In this document: in pieces, positions 51,345-61,015 of the stretch | How the letters are laid out: every line of letters begins with the position of its first letter | Position numbering within the stretch: position 1 is the stretch's first letter | Assembly (NCBI GenBank): GCA_036930585.1 | Contig: GCA_036930585.1_3066.1 | Direction: 5' to 3' (one strand) | DNA from: a phage | Length of the DNA stretch: 64,000 nt | Translations under genes and position numbers: made by a program | The notes under the pieces: model-generated | What the model was told of the DNA's origin: nothing | Databases searched by the model: none | Seen by the model: the letters and a program-made list of their open reading frames with translations, nothing else

Positions 51345-51527
51345 TTATCCTCGGCAATCCACTTCACATACCTTCTTGTCATCAATGAAAGCTTTAACTA
51401 GTGCTTTATTAACTTCAGCATATTGAGTAGTAGCCCATTGAACGTCATCTTTCATCATTGTGGTTTCTTTAGTAAACATGCTTTCATTCTTAAACCACCC
51501 CATAAAAACTACCTTTACCAATTCCAT
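51345..51527 (-). CDS. dmd: Dmd (antitoxin against RnlA/LsoA-type toxins)
   Basis: 60-aa ORF MELVKVVFMGWFKNESMFTKE... Confidence 0.85.
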   Translation of the reverse strand: MELVKVVFMGWFKNESMFTKETTMMKDDVQWATTQYAEVNKALVKAFIDDKKVCEVDCRG

Positions 51528-51555
51528 AACAATCTCCTCATTTAACCAACAAGAC

Positions 51556-51586
51556 TACTATACCATAGTCTTGTCAGCTTGTAAAC
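51556..51586 (-). promoter_or_regulatory. T4-type early promoter upstream of dmd
   Basis: Minus strand GTTTACAAGCTGACAAGACTATGGTATAGT. Confidence 0.5.
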
Positions 51587-53013
51587 TAAAATTTTAATTC
51601 ATTTGCCAAAGCATCTAACTGAGCTCGAGTGGATTCATTTCTTTGATAGCGATTCTGTTCAGCCTGAATCTGTTGTGAACCTGCTACTTCACTCACTTCG
51701 GTTGGAGTAGAATCTTGTTCAATTTCTACCCATTTTTGATTTCCTTTTTGAACACCCATCAAAAACTTATTCCACTTATTCTTATCACCATATCGTGATT
51801 TGATTTGCTTAATGAGTTGCTGTTCAGCAGCTGCTAGCTCCTCTGTTTCAATGACCGCAAGCATAAAATCAGCTGTCGCAGGAAGTCCGGCAGACTCTGC
51901 AATATCGCTCATGTTAACATCAGAAGAATCCCAAGCTTGTTTACCAACCTGTGCCGCAGTCCAAAGAACAGTTTCTGTTTCAACAGCCAAAGCACGCAAT
52001 TCCTCTGCAATAGCTTTAACAGTTGTGTAACTGTTTTCTGAATAAACTCTGATGCGACAAGATTTACAAATACCTAGATAGTCGACAATAATGATTGTTG
52101 GAACAAAATTCTTCTTGAGCTTCAATTCGTTTAAAAGTGATCGAAATGTATTAGCATCTGCTCCACCAGTAGGATACTGTTTAACGATTAAACGGCCGAG
52201 AGTAGATTTCTCACGCCATTTTTCCATTTTTCCTTTATATTCAGCGTAAGAAATATGCCCATCATCAATGTCATCAAGAGAAACATCAAGCATGTTAGCG
52301 TCAATACGCTTAGCACAGACTTCTTCTGCCATTTCCATGGAGATATAAAGAACGTTATGACCAAGCTGTAAATAATCCGCTGCTAATGAACAAAGTCCTA
52401 ATGATTTACCAACGTTAACACCAGCCATTAAAACGTTCAGTGTTCCAGTCTCAGCTCCGCCTTTAGTAATTTTGTTTAGAATTCTGAGTTTAAATGGAAC
52501 CTTACGAGCTTTATTCATATAAGATAGCCAACGTGCTTCGTAGTCATCCATCCAATCATGACCAACGTAGCTATCAAATGAAATTGATAATGCTTGACGC
52601 ATGATATCAGGAATAGCACCTACATCTGGCATTTTCTTATTTCGTTTTTCCGGAGGAAGCTCAGCATTGGTTTGAATTTCGATTATTTTAGACGTAGCAT
52701 TAAACATCGCCCTTTGCTGAACATATTTTTCTGTTTCTTTTATTAACCAGCTGTGGTCTTCCGGAGAATCAACTAGTTTTGAAATAAGTGTTTTTACACC
52801 AGAATATTCTGTTTCAGTAAATGAACTATTTTCTAATGCAACATTTAACGCATTAATAGATGGAACGCTATGGTACTCATTAACATGAGATTTAATTAAT
52901 TTGAATGTATTTTTAGCTGGACCACTTTCAAAATATTCTGAATCCATATATGGCCAAACTTTTGAAAAATAAGCTTGATCAAATATGAGATGAGAAAGAA
53001 TAATTTCTACCAC
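51586..53013 (-). CDS. 41: Replicative DNA helicase gp41
   Basis: 475-aa DnaB-family ORF (Walker A GVNVGKS). Confidence 0.95.
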   Translation of the reverse strand: MVEIILSHLIFDQAYFSKVWPYMDSEYFESGPAKNTFKLIKSHVNEYHSVPSINALNVALENSSFTETEYSGVKTLISKLVDSPEDHSWLIKETEKYVQQRAMFNATSKIIEIQTNAELPPEKRNKKMPDVGAIPDIMRQALSISFDSYVGHDWMDDYEARWLSYMNKARKVPFKLRILNKITKGGAETGTLNVLMAGVNVGKSLGLCSLAADYLQLGHNVLYISMEMAEEVCAKRIDANMLDVSLDDIDDGHISYAEYKGKMEKWREKSTLGRLIVKQYPTGGADANTFRSLLNELKLKKNFVPTIIIVDYLGICKSCRIRVYSENSYTTVKAIAEELRALAVETETVLWTAAQVGKQAWDSSDVNMSDIAESAGLPATADFMLAVIETEELAAAEQQLIKQIKSRYGDKNKWNKFLMGVQKGNQKWVEIEQDSTPTEVSEVAGSQQIQAEQNRYQRNESTRAQLDALANELKF

Positions 53014-53022
53014 ACTTACTCC

Positions 53023-53385
53023 TTAAAAGAATTTAAATTTTTTCTTTGACCTTTTATTAAATGCATCTTGCAGTTGCATTGTAATACATTTTTCTACATG
53101 AGGAGCTAACTCAGCTTTTCTTTCTTGGTCAAGAACAGCAAAGTCCATTACGACTTTTCCATCAACCCAATCTAATTTTGTCACATACACAATGTGTGTA
53201 GAACCATCTTCTAGTTTAATGACAATCTCCTGGATAACATTTTCCATAGCGGATTTAATTATCTTAAGAGATTCATTAAAAAGACGTTCTTTTCTTTCTT
53301 CTTCCCCCTCCGAAGAGGGGGATTCATCGATAATTTCTAGATCTAAGTCTAAATCATCTTTATTCATTAAATTCTTCCATATCAC
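53023..53385 (-). CDS. 40: gp40 (head assembly accessory protein)
   Basis: 120-aa ORF between uvsX and 41. Confidence 0.65.
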   Translation of the reverse strand: MIWKNLMNKDDLDLDLEIIDESPSSEGEEERKERLFNESLKIIKSAMENVIQEIVIKLEDGSTHIVYVTKLDWVDGKVVMDFAVLDQERKAELAPHVEKCITMQLQDAFNKRSKKKFKFF

Positions 53386-54535
53386 TTAACTGCTCGAGGT
53401 CAGTTTCTAAATCAGCAGCTGATTTACTTTTACTTTCTGGAGATTTAAATTTTTCAACCTTTGAGTTAATCAATTCATCAACTTCAGCTTCAACAATTTC
53501 ATTACTATCAATAGCACCTAACTGATAAGCACGTTTAATAGCATCTCGGAATGGTTGATGCTTAAATAAAGGACCCCAGAATGTAGTGCAGTTAGTATCT
53601 TTTGCACGCCAAGATTTTTCTTCGCGAATCATCTCGCCGGTTTCTTCGTCAAGAAATTCACGAGCATACCAACCATTCTTAGGTTTTACTACAAATCCTA
53701 ATTCTAGAGCCATATCTAACAATCCAGAATAAGGATCGATACCACCGTCAAATTTAACATCAATAAAGAATTTACTTTTTTCTTTAACGGTACGAGATTT
53801 TTCTACATTTAGAACAAATTGATACCCCTGAAGATCAGAACCATCTTTAATCTGACGTTTACCGATAATGAATACAGTATCAGCCGAATACATCGGTCCA
53901 GTACCACCTCCCATAACTGTTTTACTAAACATTTCTTGTGTTTCGTATGTATGGTTAATAGCAATACATGGAATATTTTTAGTACTAAAATAGGGAGTTA
54001 CGATACGAAATAAGCTTTTCATTGTTTTAGCTCTAGTCATATCACTAACAACTTTTTCATTTAAAGCATCTTCAGTTTCTTTCTTAGAAGCTAAGTTACC
54101 AAGTGAATCGATAAAAACGACTACCTTTTCGCCGCGTTCAATTGCATCCAATTGATTAACCATGTCAATACGTAATTGCTCAAGTGATTGAACCGGAGTA
54201 TGAATTACTCGTTCTGGATCGACTCCCATAGACCGCAAATAAGCAGGAGTAATACCAAATTCACTATCATAAAACAAACATACTGCATCAGGATATTGAC
54301 GCATGTAAGATGACACCATTGTTAATCCAAAGTTTGATTTAAATGATTTCGATGGACCTGCCAAAATTAACAGACCAGATTGCATACCACCAGTAATTTC
54401 ACCAGAAAGTGCAATATTCATCATAGGAATTTTTGTTCGAACTACATCTTTTTCATTAAAGAATTTAGATGCTGTTAATTCTGCAGTCAATTTAGAAGTA
54501 GAAGCTTTAATCAAACGAGATTTTAAATCAGACAT
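53360..54535 (-). CDS. uvsX: Recombinase UvsX (RecA/Rad51 family)
   Basis: 391-aa ORF MSDLKSRLIKASTSKLTAELTASKFFNEKD... with Walker A GPSKSFKS. Confidence 0.95.
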   Translation of the reverse strand: MSDLKSRLIKASTSKLTAELTASKFFNEKDVVRTKIPMMNIALSGEITGGMQSGLLILAGPSKSFKSNFGLTMVSSYMRQYPDAVCLFYDSEFGITPAYLRSMGVDPERVIHTPVQSLEQLRIDMVNQLDAIERGEKVVVFIDSLGNLASKKETEDALNEKVVSDMTRAKTMKSLFRIVTPYFSTKNIPCIAINHTYETQEMFSKTVMGGGTGPMYSADTVFIIGKRQIKDGSDLQGYQFVLNVEKSRTVKEKSKFFIDVKFDGGIDPYSGLLDMALELGFVVKPKNGWYAREFLDEETGEMIREEKSWRAKDTNCTTFWGPLFKHQPFRDAIKRAYQLGAIDSNEIVEAEVDELINSKVEKFKSPESKSKSAADLETDLEQLSDMEEFNE

Positions 54536-54543
54536 ATAATACC

Positions 54544-55209
54544 TTATAGTAGTGTTCTTGTTCCACGAAATACTTCGAGCATTCTTGCATAAGATTTATT
54601 TGGAAATCCAGCTTCAATTGCTAATTTTTTAAGCTTAATAGCACCGGGTTTTCCAGAGTTTTCCCATATTTCTTTAATCTTTTCAATGTTATCCCACATT
54701 ATTGGGTCACGTTTATGTGATGGTTTATTTCTATTATAACCATATGGATTATTAAGCAAAGCTTCTTTTCGTTTTGCTTTAGTTTCTTCTGACTGCTTTT
54801 TGCCTAGCTGGGCTTTCCGGCAAACATCACTAAATCCAAGATGTTTTGGTTTTCCTTTTTGAGCTTTTGAAATTTTTTCTTTGGTTTCTGATGAAACTCT
54901 ATAACCAATTCTTCTACCACCCTCTCCACCAATTTTTAAATTATAAGTCATAGGATCATTTACCACATCTATTGTTACTAATTCTCTTTCAGCATCACGG
55001 GCTGATTTAAAATCTTTATAAAACCCAAGAATGCTTAAATTAAAATTTTTCTTACCATACTTTTTCTTGGCTTGTGCTAATAAAGTTCCTGATCCCATAT
55101 AACCATCATTTAAATCATCGGTTGAATGAGTTCCATAGTAAATTTTATTATTAACTAAATTAGTTATAACATAAGTATAATTATATTTCTTTTCTTTATG
55201 TCTTTTCAT
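54544..55209 (-). CDS. segA: GIY-YIG homing endonuclease SegA-like
   Basis: Start at ATG 55209 (MKRHKEKKYNYTYVITNLVNNKIYYGTH...); GIY-YIG motif. Confidence 0.75.
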   Translation of the reverse strand: MKRHKEKKYNYTYVITNLVNNKIYYGTHSTDDLNDGYMGSGTLLAQAKKKYGKKNFNLSILGFYKDFKSARDAERELVTIDVVNDPMTYNLKIGGEGGRRIGYRVSSETKEKISKAQKGKPKHLGFSDVCRKAQLGKKQSEETKAKRKEALLNNPYGYNRNKPSHKRDPIMWDNIEKIKEIWENSGKPGAIKLKKLAIEAGFPNKSYARMLEVFRGTRTLL

Positions 55210-55213
55210 GTCA

Positions 55214-56062
55214 TTAATCAACTGCTATTGGATGAATAGCATTAAACTTATGAAATGCTTCTGATTTTTCTTTACGCGAAACACACATGCGAAGAACCTT
55301 TAATGGTTCGTCTTCTTCACCCAACGATTTTCGTTTTTCAATATTAGAAGTTTTCCAACGAGCTTGCTCTGGAAACTCTCTATTGATTTGCTCAAGCGCT
55401 CTATTATGTTTAGAATTACTACGAATTGAACTACACCCGCCAGGAGCTTGTGCTTTTCCAGATACAACCAGATATTTGAACAAGGCCAAATGCGGATAAC
55501 CTTGATTAATTAAATTGAGAAATGCATACATATCTTCGCACAAATCAATTTTTCCATACCCAATTTGTTCTGTCGTAAGTTTTCCGAGGTCATACCATGT
55601 ATTCGTGAATCCATATGAATTTTCACGATAATTACCCCAAGATGAAGTAATTTTAAAAATAGGTAGGCGAGCATGACCGTGATAATACCCGCAATCCATG
55701 GCATCTTCGACGTATTGAATCAATTCATAGAACTGTTCATGAGTCAATTGATTGACTTTATCTACACAGCGACGATCATCTTTCTTTCGCATTGAACTCA
55801 TACGAATAGTAGTATCATCGTCAATCATCCAGATTCGTTGACCTGCATACATATCAGTAATCGCTTTACGAGTACCAGCAATTCCATTAACATCATCAGG
55901 AATAGTTATAATTTTAGCTCTAGAGCCATAAGCGTCATAATAAGCTTTTTCTTCGTGTTCACGTACTACAATATGTGGTTCATAATCAGTCGGAAACATA
56001 TCAAGGGCAGAAACTGCCCCTACGCGTTGATAACTTGGAATTACGAATTGAATCATTTCCAT
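55214..56062 (-). CDS. Glycosyltransferase (GT-A fold, DxD motif) in the beta-gt position; probably T2/T6-type HMC-glucosyl transferase
   Basis: 282-aa ORF with IWMIDDDTTI; unlike the 351-aa T4 beta-gt. Confidence 0.55.
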   Translation of the reverse strand: MEMIQFVIPSYQRVGAVSALDMFPTDYEPHIVVREHEEKAYYDAYGSRAKIITIPDDVNGIAGTRKAITDMYAGQRIWMIDDDTTIRMSSMRKKDDRRCVDKVNQLTHEQFYELIQYVEDAMDCGYYHGHARLPIFKITSSWGNYRENSYGFTNTWYDLGKLTTEQIGYGKIDLCEDMYAFLNLINQGYPHLALFKYLVVSGKAQAPGGCSSIRSNSKHNRALEQINREFPEQARWKTSNIEKRKSLGEEDEPLKVLRMCVSRKEKSEAFHKFNAIHPIAVD

Positions 56063-56793
56063 TCACCGTTATAATCTTTTTTCGCAATATGAGTTTCACC
56101 AGTGTTCCACCAATGGTCAACTAAATAAAACTGATTTTCGTACACATGAAGACTTCCAACGTTCCATATAATAGAACCTGCTTTATATTGCCGCGATGGG
56201 TCGCCTGCATTCAAATCAGATACTAATTTATCTAGTACGTATTTTTGCCAAGCATAATCATTACGATAGCCTGCCCAGCAATCATTGCTTCTCATGCTAA
56301 CAACCGCATTGACTTTCTTATCACGAATCAGGTACTGTACTGTATTAGTACACATGAAATCTGACATACCATCTTTATTGTAGTCAAATTGCATGGATGG
56401 ACGAGTATAAATCATGATACCACGTCGAGAATCAGGATTTTGACCAAGTTCAGCTAAACACATATCATACTGGGCATAGTTATCTTCTGACCAAATAGCC
56501 CAACCATAATTCGAGTTAATTTCGCCTTTAGAAGATGCTACCTGCTGCCAAATCTTTGGTGTTTCACCTGGAATATCTTTAACAAACAAACTCTTAGATT
56601 TATACCATTCAAGTTCACGCTGAATGTATTCATCATTAAGAGCGCCAAAAATAAACGGTTCATCTGCTATAAATGATGCGCCAATAATTTCAATAGTTTT
56701 AACGCCAGTTTTATCAACTACGAAATCTTTTTCCTTTAATGCAAGCCCCAAATGAAGACGGATTTCTTCAACTGTCATAGAGTCACTAATCAT
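56053..56793 (-). CDS. 42: dCMP hydroxymethylase gp42
   Basis: 246-aa thymidylate-synthase-fold ORF MISDSMTVEEIRLHLGLALKEKDF... Confidence 0.95.
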   Translation of the reverse strand: MISDSMTVEEIRLHLGLALKEKDFVVDKTGVKTIEIIGASFIADEPFIFGALNDEYIQRELEWYKSKSLFVKDIPGETPKIWQQVASSKGEINSNYGWAIWSEDNYAQYDMCLAELGQNPDSRRGIMIYTRPSMQFDYNKDGMSDFMCTNTVQYLIRDKKVNAVVSMRSNDCWAGYRNDYAWQKYVLDKLVSDLNAGDPSRQYKAGSIIWNVGSLHVYENQFYLVDHWWNTGETHIAKKDYNGEWK

Positions 56794-56800
56794 TTAAACC

Positions 56801-56950
56801 TCAATTGATACATTCATATTTAACTTGTAACAGTAATAAACCCCACCCTATGATAAAAGTTGGAATCATAAGAGGAACCGTTACACTATAGTATATACTT
56901 ATTATAATCATCAAGATTAAAAGCAACACTGTTATAATTTTGCTTTTCAT
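56801..56950 (-). CDS. Small membrane protein (49 aa)
   Basis: MKSKIITVLLLILMIIISIYYSV...; ATGA-coupled to imm; not in track. Confidence 0.35.
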   Translation of the reverse strand: MKSKIITVLLLILMIIISIYYSVTVPLMIPTFIIGWGLLLLQVKYECIN

Positions 56951-57198
56951 TCCTTCTCTCTGATGATAATTACCTGATTTGGCTGTGCAGACTTTTTAGT
57001 TTCACCCGCAATTGACCAAATAAATGTAATAAACCAACCAATAATTGACCAGTTAAACAGTAAAGATGTGAAAAAGATTCCTACTGTCGATTTTGACCCA
57101 CGCATCAAGGCAATGAACCATGGAAGCATGTATATAATAATAGCCAACACACCTGAAACTAAAACCATAAAAATTGAACCTGCTACTAAAGTTTCCAT
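56947..57198 (-). CDS. imm: Immunity (superinfection exclusion) membrane protein Imm
   Basis: 83-aa two-TM ORF METLVAGSIFMVLVSGVLAIIIYML... Confidence 0.8.
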   Translation of the reverse strand: METLVAGSIFMVLVSGVLAIIIYMLPWFIALMRGSKSTVGIFFTSLLFNWSIIGWFITFIWSIAGETKKSAQPNQVIIIREKE

Positions 57199-57205
57199 GT
57201 TTTCC

Positions 57206-57586
57206 TCACTTAGTCAAATTTTTTACACATGAATTATAAGAATTCACTACATACTCCATCGGAGCATTTTTACCAGTACGCCATTGGTAATTATTAGCCC
57301 AATTAGCCCAAAGCTCGGCGCAGTAGTTTTCAATTTTTTCTTCGCGTGTAATTACATCTGAATTACGATATGCTTGAGCAGATTCATCTGGACGAATAGC
57401 TTCGTCAAAATTCGCCTGCATTTGTTCTACTGTTTGCTTTGGAGCTTCTTTATAACACTTGACATTAGGATTATAAAACTTGCTTGAACAGTTTACAATT
57501 TTTCCTGCATCAGACTGATTTACTACCGGTCCTTGAGCTACACAACCAGTAAGACCTAATGCAATAACCAAAATAGCGATTTTCAT
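57206..57586 (-). CDS. Putative lipoprotein (126 aa)
   Basis: Signal peptide with lipobox LTGC. Confidence 0.5.
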   Translation of the reverse strand: MKIAILVIALGLTGCVAQGPVVNQSDAGKIVNCSSKFYNPNVKCYKEAPKQTVEQMQANFDEAIRPDESAQAYRNSDVITREEKIENYCAELWANWANNYQWRTGKNAPMEYVVNSYNSCVKNLTK

Positions 57587-57596
57587 AATAATTTCC

Positions 57597-57845
57597 TCAA
57601 ATGCAAGTAGTAATTACTCCAGTAGTGCTTATGCAGGTATTACCCATTTGCACACCTAAAGATCCATTTGTATTCACATGAAGATTATCATCAATTTTAA
57701 CTGATATTTTACCATTAGTGTGAATAACGGTGCTAGATTCAATCACAGGTTGAGTATCATTTTCAACACTAACAAATGGAACTGCTGCTAATGCAACTAA
57801 ACAAACTGCTAAGCATCCCATAACAATTTTCATTTCATTCTCCAA
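57597..57845 (-). CDS. Small secreted/membrane protein (82 aa)
   Basis: N-terminal signal-like hydrophobic segment. Confidence 0.45.
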   Translation of the reverse strand: MENEMKIVMGCLAVCLVALAAVPFVSVENDTQPVIESSTVIHTNGKISVKIDDNLHVNTNGSLGVQMGNTCISTTGVITTCI

Positions 57846-57870
57846 ATCCGTATCAGTAGTTGATAGTTGT

Positions 57871-57900
57871 ATAGTACCATAGAAGAACAGGGATGTAAAC
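57871..57900 (-). promoter_or_regulatory. T4-type early promoter (near-identical to copy at 8713..8743)
   Basis: Minus strand AAAATTTTTTCACAAAACTGTTTACA-17nt-TACTAT. Confidence 0.6.
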
Positions 57901-57980
57901 AGTTTTGTGAAAAAATTTTTAGGGAATCCAAAGGGTCCAGAATCATCTCTTTTTCATAAGTATAGATTTATATTACTTGT

Positions 57981-58005
57981 ATGAAAAAGGGACCTGGAGG
58001 TCCCT
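57981..58005 (-). terminator. Intrinsic terminator downstream of gene 43
   Basis: AGGGACC-loop-GGUCCCU then UUUUUC. Confidence 0.6.
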
Positions 58006-58017
58006 AGATTTATTCTA

Positions 58018-60714
58018 TCAGCCAAACAGGAAGTCTAACGAAGCTTTTTCTTCATAGTCCATACCTGCCGATTCACACATACCCGCAAGCGGTTTAACAA
58101 ACGATTTTTGGAACAAAGTTGAGTGGTCAATCCAAGATAGCACATCAGAACGAATTTCTTTTGGAAGTTCTGTACCCGATGGCCAAGCAATGCACTTGTC
58201 ACCAAATGGATTTCCTTCACGTAATGGAAGAACCATTACTTTATTTCCATCCAAAATTGGAGCTACACCCAGACCACTAACAGCTCGACGATAAGTTAGC
58301 ACACCGCGAATATGGAACGGGCATTTAAATCCTGGCCAACCTTTATCATCATATTTCGCTATATCGTTCGCAGTTTTTACTTCAGCAATAACTTTATAGT
58401 CAAGTTGACGATATTCTTTCTCGAAGTTCTTGTAGTATTCTTGGACAGACTCTTCACCTTCTTGAAGAATACGACGAATACTTTCTTCGAGAGCTTCTTG
58501 CACTGCTTTTGGTGTTGAACTCTGCTGAGTTTCCATACCCATGATTTTTAGATGCGGTTCAGCAAATCGTTTATCTTCCATATCATAAACGTTCAGAGCA
58601 TAACGCTTTTTCGCTTTCCAAAATCCACCAACACCCTTTGAACCAAGTGGAGGGCAAGAAATAGCTTCACGGTCCATATGCATCAGATGCTCGCGGTTAT
58701 TCATATAATCACATAACTCACGATATGCAGCATCAATCATAGGTTCCATCTTTTTCTTACCGAACTGATTCATGAATTCAACTAAATCGTTCTGCTCTTT
58801 GAATCGGTCAAGACCAACTTTTTCAATAACTTTATCTACACAAACATATACCGAATCAGTATCACCTGCTGCGATGAAATCTTCACCATTAGTTCCGCAT
58901 ACTTTATTCAGATATTCATTAATTTTACGAGCAATCCACTGAATACCAACTTGGCCGAAAATTGTGATAGCAGTAGCATTTCGCAAATCATAGTAACGGA
59001 AATGAATATTACCAAGAGCACCGTAAAGACTGTTAATAAGAATTTTACGGTTCAGCTGATTTGTGTTAGCAAGTGTAGCTGCTTTTTCACATTCTTCAAT
59101 CAAACTATTGAGAACAGATTCGGTGTAATTCGATAGTTCATTTAAGAAATCATCACTGAACTTAACATATCGTTCAACTTCAGGTTTAGTTGAACAAGAC
59201 CCTGCGCCTTTCATAATAATCTTTTTGATAGCTTCGGCATTCATTTCTTCAGCGAACATTTTCTTTTTCCAGTCTTTACGCTGGAAAAATACTTTAGCGA
59301 TTTCCTTTGGAATGATACCTTCTTGATGCTTATCATACATCCATCCATTCGGAGAACAAGAATATTCATCACTTGGTTTAGGAGCTGTTCCTGCGATATA
59401 TTCATGAATTGGATGAACTTTAAACTGACCACGAATAGTCTCAGGACTAATGTTAACCTGACGAATAATGCTCGGATACAGAGACGTCAAGTCAAAACTC
59501 ATAATATATCGACGAGCAATTGGTTTAGGTTCAAATACGAATGCACCCGGAAAACTCTGTTTAACGTGCGAACCTTGTTGAGGAATAACCTTATGTTCAC
59601 CTTTCAATGAGTTAAAAATAATAGCATCCCAAGTTTTAATAGGACTCATTACACCAGAAAAAGGCATTTTAGCGTAATAAGACATACTTAAAACTAGATC
59701 GATAAACCCGCGAATTTTATCAATTGCTTGAACTGATTCTACGTCAATGATGTTATAACTAATGTATCGTTGATGATTAGTCTCACGAAGTTTATTAATA
59801 GGACCGTCGTATGGTAATTTACCTTTTTTGGTTTCATGTTGAGCAACTGATTCCAAAGAGAATGACGGCAAATTAGTAAAAGCGAATTTCTTGTACAAAT
59901 CTAAATAATCAAGAATAGATACGCCATCAATAGAATAAATTTCTTTGCTACCGTACACATTTTGAATTAGTTTAGATTTTACCCGACCGATTGGAGAGAA
60001 ACGTTTCATACTACGTTCACCGAGAACCATTTTAACACGATTCATGATATACGGAACGTCAAATCCCTCAATATTCCAACCAGTAAAAATAGCAGGTCGT
60101 TTCTGTTCCCAAAGATTAATATATTCCATGAGCATATCACGCTCATTATCGAATGGCATATAAATTACTCGGTCAAGAATTTCTTGAGGAACTTCATCAC
60201 CACCTTCACAGTCAAGCTTAGCAGCTAACTTTGCATCCCATTTTGATACTGAACCGTACATTGAATTCAAAAGGTCGAAAACATAAAAACGATCATCAAT
60301 TGAATCATAATGAGTAATAGCATCAATTTCATATTCTGCTTTCATTGGGTCAGGAAATTTATCACCAGTAACCTCAATGTCACAGTTAGCTACACGAACA
60401 AATTTTCGGTCATAAACAATTTCTGAACCGTATGTATCACTGATATAAGCGAGTTTAAAATCGTTCATACCAAGAGCTTCGAGACCGATGTCTTCCATTC
60501 GCTTCATCCAATCTTGAGCATCTTTCATTGATGGAAATTTTTGAGGAGCACAGTTTTTACCATAGATGTCTTTGTACTTTGACTCTTCCTTACAATGCCT
60601 AAACATAGTCGGAAGATATTCTACTTCACGAGTACGTTCCTTTCCGTTTTCATCAATATAACGTTCAACAATGTTATTTCCGACTGTTTCGATAGAGATA
60701 TAAAATTCTTTCAT
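58018..60714 (-). CDS. 43: DNA polymerase gp43 (family B)
   Basis: 898-aa ORF with exo and pol motifs (DIE, SLYPS, DTDS). Confidence 0.97.
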   Translation of the reverse strand: MKEFYISIETVGNNIVERYIDENGKERTREVEYLPTMFRHCKEESKYKDIYGKNCAPQKFPSMKDAQDWMKRMEDIGLEALGMNDFKLAYISDTYGSEIVYDRKFVRVANCDIEVTGDKFPDPMKAEYEIDAITHYDSIDDRFYVFDLLNSMYGSVSKWDAKLAAKLDCEGGDEVPQEILDRVIYMPFDNERDMLMEYINLWEQKRPAIFTGWNIEGFDVPYIMNRVKMVLGERSMKRFSPIGRVKSKLIQNVYGSKEIYSIDGVSILDYLDLYKKFAFTNLPSFSLESVAQHETKKGKLPYDGPINKLRETNHQRYISYNIIDVESVQAIDKIRGFIDLVLSMSYYAKMPFSGVMSPIKTWDAIIFNSLKGEHKVIPQQGSHVKQSFPGAFVFEPKPIARRYIMSFDLTSLYPSIIRQVNISPETIRGQFKVHPIHEYIAGTAPKPSDEYSCSPNGWMYDKHQEGIIPKEIAKVFFQRKDWKKKMFAEEMNAEAIKKIIMKGAGSCSTKPEVERYVKFSDDFLNELSNYTESVLNSLIEECEKAATLANTNQLNRKILINSLYGALGNIHFRYYDLRNATAITIFGQVGIQWIARKINEYLNKVCGTNGEDFIAAGDTDSVYVCVDKVIEKVGLDRFKEQNDLVEFMNQFGKKKMEPMIDAAYRELCDYMNNREHLMHMDREAISCPPLGSKGVGGFWKAKKRYALNVYDMEDKRFAEPHLKIMGMETQQSSTPKAVQEALEESIRRILQEGEESVQEYYKNFEKEYRQLDYKVIAEVKTANDIAKYDDKGWPGFKCPFHIRGVLTYRRAVSGLGVAPILDGNKVMVLPLREGNPFGDKCIAWPSGTELPKEIRSDVLSWIDHSTLFQKSFVKPLAGMCESAGMDYEEKASLDFLFG

Positions 60715-60720
60715 AGATAT

Positions 60721-60741
60721 TCCTTAGTTTATAGCCCGAGT
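60721..60741 (-). promoter_or_regulatory. Gene 43 translational operator hairpin (gp43 autoregulation)
   Basis: Minus strand GAGCCUAAUAACUCGGGCUAU followed by AAACUAAGGAAUAUCUAUG. Confidence 0.7.
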
Positions 60742-60764
60742 TATTAGGCTCTTGATATATTATA

Positions 60765-60778
60765 CTCCAATTAAGGGG
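60765..60778 (-). other. GGGGC-UUCG-GCCCC hairpin upstream of gene 43 operator
   Basis: Perfect 5-bp stem with UUCG tetraloop; weak U-tract. Confidence 0.4.
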
Positions 60779-60792
60779 CCGAAGCCCCTTGC

Positions 60793-61014
60793 TTAAATTA
60801 GTACTATTTGTCGGGTGAAAATTGTCAATCCATCTGCATTAATTGACTTAACGACCGCGGTAAAGTGTTTTTGTTCTGGGTGAACTAATTTTTGAAATTC
60901 TACCTGAAATTTTAGTTGAAGGTTTTCTGGTAAATCGAAAAGTGTTTCTGTTGCAGAAAGATTATATTTTTCTTTAAGAGACGCCATGTATTCTTGCGGA
61001 GTTATAGCAGTCAT
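60793..61014 (-). CDS. Hypothetical protein (74 aa)
   Basis: Start moved to ATG 61014 (TAATATG junction with regA). Confidence 0.4.
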   Translation of the reverse strand: MTAITPQEYMASLKEKYNLSATETLFDLPENLQLKFQVEFQKLVHPEQKHFTAVVKSINADGLTIFTRQIVLI

Positions 61015-61015
61015 A

